Shown here: in pieces, positions 36,681-50,691 of the stretch
Layout: every line of letters begins with the position of its first letter
How positions within the stretch are numbered: the stretch's first letter is position 1
Source: Curvularia clavata
Lineage: Eukaryota
Assembly: GCA_023920165.1 (NCBI GenBank)
Contig: CP089280.1
Span: 1,240,001-1,304,000 of the forward strand
Reading direction: 5' to 3'
DNA length: 64,000 nt
The notes under the pieces: model-generated
Told to the model about the DNA's origin: nothing
The model's database searches: none
What the model saw: only the letters and a program-made list of their open reading frames with translations
Made by a program: the position numbers and the translations under genes

Positions 36681-37685
36681 ATGAAACTTACAACAATTGC
36701 CCTCGCAGCTTTCGTAGCACCTCTATCACAAGCTGCCTCCATACCACACTCTGAACTCATAACACGCCAGACAAAATCACGAGAACTTAGTCAGTCTTCT
36801 AAGCACCCATCTCAATACAACACACGGTTTCCTCGTACTAACTCTAACAAAACAGTCGACCCAACCCTCTACCCCCTCCTCCAACGCTACACACGCTTCG
36901 CCGCCGCCTCCCAAGGCGCCTTCTACTACCACGACAAAGCCTGCCCAAGACCACCCTTCCAATCCTCTCTGATCCGCGTAATCGAAAGCCCCAACCCTCA
37001 CACCGCCTCTATCTACCTCTTCACCCAAGACAGCTCCAAAGAACTCATCCTCTCCTTCGCCAGCCTAGCCTCCATCCACGACCCTAGTATAGACTCCAGT
37101 TTCTCGCTCATACCCCTAACTACCTCCCCCGGCTGCACAGGGTGTCAAGTCCACACCAGCATTCTGAACATCTGGACCGGCCTGCAGCCTACCCTCTCCA
37201 AAACACTGTCTGAACTGCAGCCTATACTACCAGACTACAAGACCATCATCGTCGGCCACAGTCTAGGCGGCAGTCTCGCTAGCCTTGCCTACACGGAACT
37301 GAAATCCAACGGCGTTCCCGTCGAAAAAGCATATACCATGGGCGCCTTGCGTGTGGGCAACCAAGCATATGCCGATTTTACCGATCGCCTGGCTGGCGCG
37401 AGCGACGTACAGCTGGGCGACTTGATTCGGATCACGCATGGAGCGGATAGTCTGCCGAATTTACCCTCGAAAAATGCGGACTTTCAGCATACACGTACGG
37501 AGATTTACGAGGTGGATACTACGCCAAATAGCGATGAGCAGAGTGCAGGAACAACGTTTCGTTGCTTTGGTCAGGAGGCGCAGGATTGCATCAAGGGGAA
37601 TGCGGTGGCGAAGAATGGATTTGATCATTCGAAATACACGGGCGTTTTGATGGTGGATGAGGTTGAGTGTAATCATCGTACATGA
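36681..37685 (+). CDS. Secreted class 3 lipase / feruloyl-esterase-A-like hydrolase
   Basis: Signal peptide, CTGCQVH, nucleophile elbow VGHSLGG, RVGN, RITHGADSLPNLP, DHSKY. Confidence 0.9.
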   Translation: MKLTTIALAAFVAPLSQAASIPHSELITRQTKSRELSQSSKHPSQYNTRFPRTNSNKTVDPTLYPLLQRYTRFAAASQGAFYYHDKACPRPPFQSSLIRVIESPNPHTASIYLFTQDSSKELILSFASLASIHDPSIDSSFSLIPLTTSPGCTGCQVHTSILNIWTGLQPTLSKTLSELQPILPDYKTIIVGHSLGGSLASLAYTELKSNGVPVEKAYTMGALRVGNQAYADFTDRLAGASDVQLGDLIRITHGADSLPNLPSKNADFQHTRTEIYEVDTTPNSDEQSAGTTFRCFGQEAQDCIKGNAVAKNGFDHSKYTGVLMVDEVECNHRT

Positions 37686-37931
37686 ATGACTACTGATGAA
37701 GATAAGAGAATATAAGGGTCAGGAAAATAATTCGTATATTAGTGTCTTTGGTCTTCGTGAGTCTAAGAAAAAGTGAAGTGTATGACATGATTAGAAACCT
37801 TGTAGTTGTTGTAATCAAATGTCAATTGTAGACATTGAGAACCTAACATACCATCTCCGTAGAAATGAGTTAGCCTTTTATATATATGTAACACGAAGAA
37901 AAGATTGCTTCAATAATTCCCCAAATTTCAC

Positions 37932-39664
37932 TTAGCGTCCCTCTAACCTCAGCCTGTCCCTATTCCGTCCTTCGTCTCTTCTCGCGACAAGGAACCACAG
38001 GCTGCTGACCCAGCAAAGGACGACACCGAGCCAAGTCTGTGCTGGAGCCTTGAAGAGAGAAATGGCCACTAGCTGAAAGGCACTCCGGGGGACGGCTACA
38101 AAGGTAGCCGTTAACGGAGATGTCGCCTTGACTAACAGTAAAGTACCTGAGAAGACAGCCCAGGAGCCCATGCCACCGAACAACATCATGGCCCAATAGA
38201 AGGGAACATCGAGGAAGGGGATGTTGTGCCATATGTGAGGAACCTCGCCAGAGAGGATAACTATGGGCGTGAGGAGCATGATTGAGAGAACCGAAGTGTA
38301 GTGTAGTGTGCGGTAAAACGCCCGGGTTTCTTCGCGGTTGCCAGACTCTTCAGAACCAGTAGGGTATCCCGTAAGCACATCGCCAGAAGGTACAAGGTTT
38401 GCAACCATGGTACGGTATGTGCGGAGAAGGAGAATTGGATACAGGGCGACAAAGATGGAGGAGAAAACGCCGGCGACGACCGACTCCCAAGTCACGCGTA
38501 CGTCGGAGCGGTAAGAAGCGAAGAAGAGGTTGAGCGTTGCAACAAGGGCAGCAGAGACTGTGCTGCCAGTGAGATTCTCTTTTTGCAAGACGCCAGCGAG
38601 GATGATGGCAAGCGGAGTGATTCCAATACGAGCAAGCTGGTAGGTTGGAAGCGGTGCATATCTAATGAGTGTTAGCGGTCAAGACGGCAGTGGGGACACA
38701 TGGGCGCCATACGCAAAGGAATAATTACTGAGCAGGACTCTGGCCACAAAGACGACTGCGAGTGGAAGCACCTGTTTGGCGATTTTCATGTCAAACTCGA
38801 AGAGTCCACCACCTGCGATGCCTCCTGAGCCATTGGAAAGCCAGCGAGCAAAGGCGGAAATGCCAGGTTTTCTACCCCCTCGATATGCTCCTCCTTGTGG
38901 GGCGGCCGGCTGCGATGGAGGCACAGCAGCGCCGAAGCCAATGAAGCGCAGCGGATTACTGGAGAATCGCAGGAGGCTCGAGACGAGGATAAGGAGAAAG
39001 TGGGTGATTATGAGTTGAGCGTAGGATTGGGTCAGGGGGAATGGAAATCTGCTTTTGTTAGTATGCGTACCAAGCGACAATTATGTGCTAGTTCTTACTT
39101 GTAAACGCCTGTGAGCATGATGAAGCGGTTCATGAGCAGAAGGCCGAAACTGCAACCACCAACCCAAAAGACGAGCAGTCCAACCCAGATCTGCCAGCCC
39201 TTCCATGTGCCAAAAAAGAAGGCCCCTGGGCCGCCCTGTTGCCAGAAGCCGCGAAAGGCGTGGCTTCCTCTGCCAACATCATTGCTAACCAATGGCCGAA
39301 TGCTGCTTGCAGGCTCGAAATCGTCGTCTTCGTCTTCGCTCTGTGCGGCGCTCCGGTTGCGTGGGTACGGGCTGGTGCTGCGACTCCCGACGTCTATGAG
39401 GGGCACGGGTGGTTGCAGCTCTGACTGTGAGTTGTGCGCCGAGTGGCTACGCCTCGATGTCTCCATTTGCGCGTAGTATTCAATGTCGGAGTGGTCGGTG
39501 TCGTCTATGGAGCTGACGCTGTTGTGGCGTCGGTATGCGTTGCTGTCCTTTCTCTTTCTGTCCTTGGGGAGCTGGACTGGGCCACGCGAAAGATTGGTTA
39601 GGAAATCGAGCGGCTTGCGGAACGTATTCTGGGTGGTCCGGGTGAATGCACGCGACGAATTCAT
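37932..39664 (-). CDS. TPT / nucleotide-sugar transporter family (SLC35-like) membrane protein
   Basis: Introns 39098-39049 and 38712-38662; multiple TM helices; YKFPFPL, YQLARIG, TSPLTATFVAVPRS. Confidence 0.85.
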
Positions 39665-41803
39665 CGTGACGGCTTCATGGTGAGAGTCAAAGGGAGCAGT
39701 TGCATGCTGACGACGTGTGTGAGTTCACAAAAGTTGAGCACAGGCAGGTACGAGGCCAGCACTGGCATGCTGGACCCTGGCCTAGCCAAGGGGGCGGTGG
39801 GTCTCTCTCGTCAACCACATCAACGTCAACACCAGCGTCACTACTTGTACTGTGCTCCTGCAGCGTGAATGATTCTATTTGGTACCTTGTTTTGGCGAAA
39901 TGTACTTGTCAGTTGATTCAGAGTCTTAGAATTTTGGAGAGACTTCCTACTCCCGCATATACAACACTCAGAAGTTGCCCGATTGGACGTTGCAGCGACG
40001 CGTAGGAACGCTTCTATTAGAAATACAAGTACCATGCCATATGGAGAACCAGGTGGTGAGCAAAGCTTCGAAATGACGAAGAGTGTTGCACATGGCGGAT
40101 ACCAAATGTTTCCATTGACTTACCTCGGTCGTTGAACGGTGTGAATCACAGCTTGAGATGAAAGTCATCGACCGACGACCTGGGATACAGCGATATATCA
40201 GCAAGTATGGCGCGATTGGCGCTAATATCAACTACTTGTATGGTTTGGTCAGTTTTTATTACTCCATACCAATCATCAGGCCTCTATGCAGTGCCAAGAC
40301 TTGGTGACCGATGGCGACATTCTATACGAACAAGCACGGTACCAAAGCGGCAGGTAGACAGATGCTGCAAATACTATCGGTGCCCCTTGTTTTGTTTGTC
40401 CAGGACTACCTTGATGTATTGTGACAGGAACAGTGGCGTGCCGACTTACTGCCTCCCAGAGGCAAGGGCCGGCCCGTTGGTAGCGTTCAGGTGCAAATAT
40501 TGGTGGCGCTGCAGCGCTTGAACGGAAAACCACGCAATATGCAGGACTGCCCGTATCCAAAGTCGAAGGATGGGGAGCCTTGAAGCAGACGAGAACGAAT
40601 GAAGAGGGAGGTTGCAAGGTGATTGGTAGCAAGGACCAGGTAAGCATAGCAGTAATCGGTACAGGAGTGGGGCGTGGGGTTAAAAACATGAATAACGGCC
40701 TCTAGTTCTGTGACACGGAGCACTATAGGTTTTGAGAAATACATGCAGAATGATATCGGGGAAGAAGGAATGCAAGGTACAAGGGCGTGTCCCGGGTGCA
40801 ACAATAAGAAATCGCAATGAGGCACGGTGATGATGAACAAGTCCAGCGTGACTGAGGTTACATTGCATTCGAAATCCCACAACTCATTTGAGGTTATTCT
40901 ATGAATAGATGTCTCAATCATGATCTTCTGTACTTGGGGAAGAATTGATGGCTGTCATTTGACGCTTTCAGAAGAAATGGATATGGTTGCATTCTTCTGC
41001 CTGTATGCAGATCCCAATCATGTGCCGATCAAAGCCACAGGTAGCGAATGAAACCCATCGACTGGCTGACACGGCTGTAGGAAGTCTTCTAGGACAATTC
41101 TAAACGCATGGAACGGGCCGCCGGAGGGAAGGCTGATCATGCTTGGTTACTTCGGCCTGATGCCTCGTATTGATACTGAATGCTGCATGTGACTCGTGGA
41201 TAAGAGGGCTCAGAAAAGAGCCTTCGTCTGTTACCCCGCAAAGCACTTAGAACAGCTTGTTTATTCCTATTGAAGTCCATACTAAGGAAGAATGACAGTT
41301 CTTGCGAGTCAGAAGTTCTCGTTTGCTCAAAAAACTCCTGGGGCTGGGCTATCTCTTCTGCAAGCCGTTTAGGAAGGTATCCCAAAACCAAGAGCACGCC
41401 GTTGAAAGGGTTATCTATTGGATGCGTGGGACAACTCGGGCTGCATGATAACTGGGTCCTCATGATGAGTTACAACACCACTGCCCGTACCTACATCCTA
41501 TCTTGCTATGGTTAGATAGGGCTTTGATTGAGGAAAGTAGGTCGAGTATGGAAACTTAAGCGCATCTACGCCAACCTCATGTTATGCAGCTGACTATACC
41601 ATACAGCAGGACAGTAGTGGAGTTGCGCCGACTTAAGCGCTGGCTGCGATTACGTGCTTGGCATGGGCGGAGGTTCGACGGTCAGGGAAGGTCCTTCAAC
41701 CTACGAGCGGAGATCGGCACAGGGTCTTAGATACGAGTCGATCACGGGAGATCGCACGTTGGACACTAGCCCATGGCTACAGCGACTAGCATCATAGTAT
41801 AGT

Positions 41804-41836
41804 GACTACAGTGCGACTACAGGGCGACTACAAGGC
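41804..41836. repeat. Three tandem copies of the 11-bp unit GACTACA(G/A)(T/G)GC
   Basis: GACTACAGTGC GACTACAGGGC GACTACAAGGC, read directly. Confidence 0.8.
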
Positions 41837-44254
41837 CTCCGCCAACCGTTGGCCGACGGCGTGTTGGAATGCAAAACTCGAGGAATCATGTGCCGCGAAG
41901 CGCAGGTAGGCAGTGTGAGTGCTCCTCATTCGCACGATCCCGTCATGAGACTGCGGAGCAACAGAATCCATGGGCTTCTCTTTACAGCCTCGAGCATGCA
42001 CGGCGCCTAACGACAGACAACAGCTCGACATACGGCTTATGTGCGCGTGAGTGGCTTGTCGACGAGTCGGTCTCCTGCCGTATAAGCGAGCTTACTTGCA
42101 GATGATGCCAATAGGCCTGAACTCTGCCCTATTGCGGTTGTCTGCTCCGTCAAAGTAGATATTGCTGTGCGTTTAGAGCACGTCGATTAGGCAAGTCGCG
42201 GTGCAGTCAGCACTCAAAAATATGACAAGACGCTGAATTCTAGAAGAGGGGAAGAGTAGGAGAAGAAACGGTTTTTTAGTGTCTCAAGATGACGTCGGCT
42301 GCTGGTGGAGTGACAGCTGCAAATGCCGTAAGAGGACCCAAGTTGTAGGAGATACAACACAGGCGCGGGGCAGAGGTCGGCGCCGATTGTTTTCCGCACA
42401 TCGGTATGGCGAATGCCCTTTACTATTATCCGCAATGACACAACAACGTGACCCGTTGCCCTCTACACACATCCAGCCCTACCGGCAACAAAACCGGGTC
42501 GTGGGTCTTTTCAATAGCCGGAGCATTTCACACAAAAGGCAGGAGCGGCTTGGCAATGACAAGCAATCACCGACGGCGCAATGATCGACATCGCGACCTA
42601 GACACCATCTCGCGAACGACCCGCGCATGTCCTGAGCAGCGGAAAAGCCATGACTCTGACCAGATTACTCGGGATGCAACTCTCGACGTTGTAAAGCAAT
42701 CTCATTTCCGATCACATCCCTGACACCCATGTTCGTAGGCCCAGCCTGCACGCGAGGACCGTGTGGCATGATGAGTCTGTACAGCGCTCTGATCGTCGTC
42801 TTCTACAAGGAGATAACTACTACCTGACGTGCCTCGTGCCTTACCTCGCCAATGGCATACCTACTCGACTCGCTGCCGTCTTATCTGTCATGTCGCTAAG
42901 AGTTGGGTTGGCTATATGGGCCTGCATCGTGCTAGTTCCCAAAGGAGGAGGTGGTTTCAGCACTTACGTGCTTTTAAGCTTAACGCTAGCGGGTCTTGGG
43001 TGGTCAGCGGATGGTGCTATTATGTATGGCTGCACACGACAACAATTGCATCTCGCACGGGCACACTCTGACCCAGAAATTGTGAAGGAGGGTGGCGCCG
43101 TCCTCCAGTTCATGCTTGATGCTTCACCCTCCCAACAGAGGCCGCGGGTCCGAGCCTACCCAGCTCGTGAAACAAAGCTGCTTCTGTAAATTCTAGTCGG
43201 CTGAAGCGGGAATGATATCGGCTTGCCCGCCTAGGACAAGATCAGTAAACTAACCTTCACTGCCGAGCGGTTGAAGATGCAGACGACCCTTTCATCACTT
43301 GGCCTCAGCTCGTGATTGGAGCACTTAGGTGAAAATGGACATCCCTGCGAACATGGTGAAGTGGGTATCGTTCTGGGCCTGCAATGTGCTCACGCATCGG
43401 GATCCTCTATGTGTCAAGCTTTTTGTCGCCCTCTTGGTCTTGGCTCTGCTGCTAATTCAAACGCCATCTCAAAGTCGTCGAGCGTGCCTTTGCCGTGCAG
43501 TACCTAGATACAGCCACCTCAGCATCCGAGTGTCCATACTTTTGCCAGCGCATCGCCGATCCCCCCACACCTTTTCATCCTCTGTGTCCAGCACGTAAAG
43601 GAGAATACTTACAACTCATGTATTTCATTGGACCTTGGACAGTTTGCCATACAAGCTGAGGTCTTGTGGGTTATCAGACTAGCAGACAAAGCCCCGGCTC
43701 CCTACTTCGGGAACCCCTGGTGGCAATCCTGCATGAAACAACTTCATTTGACAGTCGTAGTGACGCTAGCCCACTCCTCGTCTCTTCGCTCCGTTATCTG
43801 AATTGTGGCAGGGGTCTTCGCGCCTGTAGATCGATTCATCCCACATCCAATGACACCATCCCGCGGGCCTTCTACGTTAAACCTCTACGCGGGTTCGTTC
43901 ACATCCCCAAATAAGTAAGAAATATTAATATACTATGCAGCATGCCAAGACTTGACATCTGACCTTCTACTAGCAGTCTTTCCTCCTGCTCCTAGACCCC
44001 CCCGCTGGCCCTGCCACCAGTACTGCGGCGTCTTAGAAGGGAGTAGTGCCGGAACAACCTGTAGCACCTCCCAGAGTAGGTATCGAAGGTCTACACACGC
44101 TGCTTTGGGCCGCCTGGGCGAGTGACAACGTTTTCCGCCATGGTGTAGGCGCTCGGTCTTGCACGGGATTGCCGTGTCAGTGGGTGCTAATCCTAATCGG
44201 AAGGTGAATTTGCCTCCTTCCATATCACATCACCTTGAACTTACAAAGTACGTC

Positions 44255-44262
44255 TATATAAG
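44255..44262 (+). promoter_or_regulatory. TATA box of the subtilisin gene
   Basis: TATATAAG about 120 nt upstream of ATG 44379. Confidence 0.6.
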
Positions 44263-44378
44263 AGGGCTGTAACGCCTTGTCAGAACATCAGGCAACGAGC
44301 ACAGCGACACTCAGCCCATCAGTACCAGTTCCCATCAACCTTCGCTCCATCGACATCGTTCTTCGACCGGCATTCAAC

Positions 44379-45756
<1,378 letters not shown>

Positions 45757-48700
45757 GCGACTATTTGATTAAGCAATCTTTTCTTCTGTATCTATCTTGT
45801 GGGTGTATGATGGCTGGATTGCGCATGCCATGGGTTGTTGCATTGATCTCTGGGAGATAGCATGAGTGTAAATACATGATGTTGAACGAATTTGATTGGA
45901 ATTTTTTCCTAGATGTAGCCAACATTTTCAATGCAAATGTTGATTTCTGGAATTGAAATTTACAATGATGATCAAAGTGAAAAATCATAGTTCGAGAGCA
46001 ATGTTTTGCATTGAAAGCTTTTGATCGTATGTGTCGTTAAAAGAATTGCAGGAAAAGATTCTACGCTCTTACAACTTGTAAATTTGTAGGTATGGCTTTA
46101 TCCTACAAACCAACTGTTCTAACACTCATCTGAGTTTACAACGCAAAATCACATAGATAGACTTTCCAACTCACCCACCAATCTCATCTTCCAACTAAAC
46201 CTACACACACCGTCCCCATTCCCCCTCCCATCCTGAAACTCCAACTGCCCCATTATATTCTCGCCACACACGCTCTCCCATCAACCAGCCTCTCCCGTAC
46301 CATCAATAAATGACGCCACCAACGCCCAATCTCATTCGTACGATCTGCATCATCACGCACATATCCGGCAACGATTAGCATTACCATGCTCCCGGTACAA
46401 CGGGTGAGGTTAATATATTAAACGCACGAGCCATTGCTTGTGCCCGCGGCGTATACATAGAGAGCGAGGGTGTGGCGTACACTCATGCGACATCCTGCCT
46501 ACTTTGTCCTTTCCCCCACCGTGCTGTCACAAGGTATCACCGAGAGAACGGCTACTTCAGCGCGGAGGCTTCGACGTACTTTGGCGAATACATACTTCCT
46601 GGTCGCTGATGTGCAGGATCGACAAGACTCTGTTACTTGCTGGATATATCCAGCGAAGTTAATATGCTGCTGTCTCTTGGGTTGAGAAAAGGTATCTCCG
46701 GTTCAAGACCTACATGCCTTGCCAGTGACTGATACGAATGTTGCACGGGGCGTTATCTCCGCGGATAGTAGACGCAAGGGAGGAGATGAGGCATGTACGA
46801 CGGTACCGGTGGATTGGGAGGAAGATAAGGGCGTGGGGATTTGGTAATAAGAAGGAGTCACAAAGTCGGATGTGGGTGGGTTGCTCGGAGCTGGGATGTC
46901 TGGTACTGGGACTTTGGTTGGAGACAGGTCGGAATTTGTTCATCTATTCGTTCCGACTTGGGGCGAAAGGTGGGTTTCGAGTGATTTGGATATATCGATT
47001 GCTTTTTTGGATGTGTAAGGAGAAAAGCGTTGTCACACTGACATGGGCTAGATTGGTTCATCGAAATAGGTATTGAGTTGGGCTCTACGTACGTTTTGGA
47101 CGATGTGCATGACGGAAGCACATGATGGTCGGAAAATCACAAGGCATCTGGCAATGTTACTCGGGCCGGATTGAACTTTGGAGTTGCTACCAAGACGCTG
47201 AAGCTGTTTTATACATGTTGGTGCTGTAAGGATTGCGTTCACCAAGGATACGTCACGGAGTAGTGGTTGCGAGTTTCACAGGTTCCCTGATTGGTTTTCA
47301 TCGTTTTTCCCATTTCATACACCCAGAATCGATAGCCATGTTCACGTCTACTCATTGAATCAATAGTGTTCGCTTAAAAACACGGCTTTATTAAACTGCC
47401 AGCACAACTGATTCTTCAACCCCTGTTCTAATACAGAATAGCTTCTGAAGGGAGTTTGGTAAAGGTATTAAGTTTTCCCTTCGCTTATTATCTTTGTAAG
47501 CAAAGCTTAGAGCTGTATAGTGGATACAAGTATTGGCAGTGTAGCGAGGATGTGAGTGCCGTTTTTCTTGTGGCTAAGCTTACCTACATACGTGCTAAAT
47601 CAACGATACGTGCGTCATTTCTGGCATGTCTTTCCATCGAAAATGATTAAGGAAACCTCTATAGCCATAGGGCTGACATAACCAGAAAGATTAAATCTGC
47701 CAACCATAGTGTGAAAAAAGGATGTCTTCTTACTATGGGGAGATTGATTTTTCTGACTGATACAGAATGCTAACGGAATTGTGGGCGTTCAAAGAGTTTT
47801 GAGATGCAAGGCAACATAAGAAGGCTAGTAAGTCCCGCGAAAGGTTAGGCGGTCGAGAGGGCTCCAGCCACCAACGATACTGTGAGTGGCTGTTATTGAG
47901 CCACGCGTATGCGAGTGCTGAAGTAAGCGCGGGCCGCAGCTATTGTTGCAGCAGATATCGCCTTGGGAGCGACAGTGGGCAACGAATAGTATAATTGCTG
48001 ACTGTCTTATTTCAATGCCTGAACCTGCACCCTAAGCATTACTACAGTCAATTAAGTGTTTAGCTAATGGCTCAACTATGGTTAGCGGGTCTATATTCCA
48101 ACTTGTAGCAAAAACACCATGCGCACTTTTGCTGACAGCATGCTCGATAGTTACGCTGACAGTTTAGCAGCCAAGAACGCGAATGACGAAGATGCATCTA
48201 CAGAGCGAGGGTATAAAGCGGTTAGGATTCATTGGCCAACATTTCAGCCATAAATATGAACCATGCAGGATGGAAAGTTCTCCTAAGACGCCTAAAAGCC
48301 AGCTGAAGCCAAGCGCAAATGATCGCGTGACCCTCATGCGAGCGAGATCACCATGGCCATGAAAATTCTTAGTGCGCTTCTGTGTTTGATGGTAAATTCT
48401 GGAAAATACCAAGCTTCACAGCCACCGAACCATAATACTGATCGACGCTCTCATAGGTGCTGACAGGGCACTAATCATCAGCTTGCCGGTCGTTGCGCAA
48501 GAATTGCCGTTCCCGTCTCACCAAGACAGACGCCCACCCTGTCAGCCAAATAGGGCGAATCAGTGTCAAATATAAAATACTTCGATGCCAACGGCTACGG
48601 CAGCGTTTGTATCGACCTTAGATTGAGGCGCAAGCCTTGCAACAGTGATGTCGTCCAAGCAATTATCGCCGATCGGAACTTCACTCAGAGGCTGACATAG

Positions 48701-48912
48701 CGTGATCGACCAACCACTGGCTGCCATCGCGGAGAATTGCGGGGTAAAAGCATACGATAGCAGGCTAGTTTAAGCTGCGTGCGCGACACCTCTCAAGTCC
48801 CAAGACTCCCAAGAGAACTGCCCCCCATTTTTGATCCCGCTCCCTCAGTTATTACAGGCCTGCTATTCCCGCCAGCAGACGGCATCCGTCACTGCAGAAC
48901 AGACGACAAGTC

Positions 48913-50691
48913 ATGGCGTCATACTTTGATCTCCCGCCACAGAAGGCGGCACCACCAGCGACTATAGAGCAACTACCACAAGACCAACGGAAGCAGTTGG
49001 GCCGCACTAGCAGTTTAATGTCCCCAGCCGTCACTCAGATCCTTGATAGACTAGCCGATGACCACTCGGACAGCAGCAGTGAAGAAGACGGAAGCATATC
49101 AGAGGACGAGGATCCAAGGATCCAGCCTGCTAAGAAGGACCTCAGCGCCCAAAAAGTACTGCAAAACAAGCAAAAACACTGCTCTGCGCAAGCACCACGA
49201 CCATCATCCCTTTCTCCCAACAGAAGTAACTCCAAGTCACCTAAGAAGATTTCCGGCCAATCAACGCCCACGGCCAGTACCAACGAGGACAGTTCAGGAA
49301 GACCCAAAAACAAACAGCCACATATGGCCCGCTTCCATTCTCTCCGCAGTATGCTTTTCCAACAAAAAATTGAAGACCGGATGAAGACAGCTGCACAAGA
49401 TTGCCAGGCGGAGGCGGGCGCAGCTGAGAAGTGGCGAGCTGAACATCAGGAGCGCCAAATGCATCATCCGACAACACCCGAAAAGGACGCGCAAGCAAAG
49501 AGCGGGATTGGAAGTAGGCTGAGAATGACGATACGGAGGATAACCACTAAGGATGCAGGGAGCATGGAGAAGATCAGAGAAGATGGCGCACCGGTTGAAT
49601 TCAAGGAGCGCTCGTCAGGTACTTCGTCTGAAGCTGAAGAGAATCAACAGATTGTGTCAAAGAAGACAAAGGAAAATGATGACGACAGCATCAAGGAATC
49701 TGACGTCGAGGATCTTGTTCGATGGGTGAGCCGGCGCGGCCCGTCAAGCGATGTTGATGCGCAGAAAGACGAGGCCGTCGAGGACGCTAAAGACAGTGGC
49801 CACGAAAGTCTTGGACATTCCGATGTCGAAGATCTAGTTCAACACGCTAAGAGGAAGTCAGATGCTAAAGGTGCTAGCGATGAACACTTGGGATATAGCG
49901 ACGCATCGACTGAACCCGATACGGGACTTCAGGAACTATCGTCCGACGAGGAAGATGCAGAAGACCTTGTCCGCTGGATATCTCATCGTGAGGGACCCAA
50001 AGCCGGCCCAGTACGACGGAACTTGGAGCGATCAGAGCTGGACTCCGACGTTGAAGCCCACTACGACTCTGACGTGCCTGAACTAGGCCGATGGGTCAAG
50101 CGGCACGACGGTACAAGTGGTGAATCCATAGCCACAAACACGCTCGAAGACAAATCCGAGCAGCAGCAAATAGAAGAAGAGGAGTTAAACCGCGGTCGAC
50201 CACGAAGTCGCGAAATGAGCGAGCCGCCTGTTGAAGAAAAATCCCACATCACGCACGATGACATTGACGACCTCGTTCGCTGGGTTAGCAGGAAAGACCT
50301 AAAACGACAGGACACTCCTCTTTCCGAGACACAAACCAAAGTCGAAAGCATGGAGATTGACGAGGATGAAAAGAAAAAAGCCGTCGGCATGACCATAGAT
50401 GACGGAAGCTTGTCGCACAGCGATGTTCAAGACTTGATTGACCACGCGCGCAAGACAAGTATAGTTGCGGAAAGCTACAACACAGATGCTGGCGGTGTCG
50501 AAAGAGGCGACTTGAAGAAGATGCAGGTTGAGAATACCCCGCCTGTGCGCGACCCGCAGGAAGAATTAGTTGGGAAAAGAGCGGATATCCAGCAGAAAGA
50601 AAAGGAAAAGCAACTCGGTATGAGTGTGGAAGATGGTAGTTTGAGTCATGGCGATATCGAGGATCTGCTGGCGCATGTGAAGAAGAGCTGA
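48913..50691 (+). CDS. Uncharacterised acidic, largely disordered protein with 7 short helical repeats
   Basis: 592-aa intronless ORF with recurring D[VIA]xDLxx[WH] motifs. Confidence 0.85.
   Translation: MASYFDLPPQKAAPPATIEQLPQDQRKQLGRTSSLMSPAVTQILDRLADDHSDSSSEEDGSISEDEDPRIQPAKKDLSAQKVLQNKQKHCSAQAPRPSSLSPNRSNSKSPKKISGQSTPTASTNEDSSGRPKNKQPHMARFHSLRSMLFQQKIEDRMKTAAQDCQAEAGAAEKWRAEHQERQMHHPTTPEKDAQAKSGIGSRLRMTIRRITTKDAGSMEKIREDGAPVEFKERSSGTSSEAEENQQIVSKKTKENDDDSIKESDVEDLVRWVSRRGPSSDVDAQKDEAVEDAKDSGHESLGHSDVEDLVQHAKRKSDAKGASDEHLGYSDASTEPDTGLQELSSDEEDAEDLVRWISHREGPKAGPVRRNLERSELDSDVEAHYDSDVPELGRWVKRHDGTSGESIATNTLEDKSEQQQIEEEELNRGRPRSREMSEPPVEEKSHITHDDIDDLVRWVSRKDLKRQDTPLSETQTKVESMEIDEDEKKKAVGMTIDDGSLSHSDVQDLIDHARKTSIVAESYNTDAGGVERGDLKKMQVENTPPVRDPQEELVGKRADIQQKEKEKQLGMSVEDGSLSHGDIEDLLAHVKKS

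Noticed and set aside
30143..37685. FAD oxidase plus lipase as a secondary-metabolite cluster
   Set aside because: No PKS, NRPS or terpene backbone gene; separated by a core SNF2 gene.
41804..41836. Short direct repeats as a CRISPR-like array
   Set aside because: Contiguous 11-bp units with no spacers, in a eukaryotic context.
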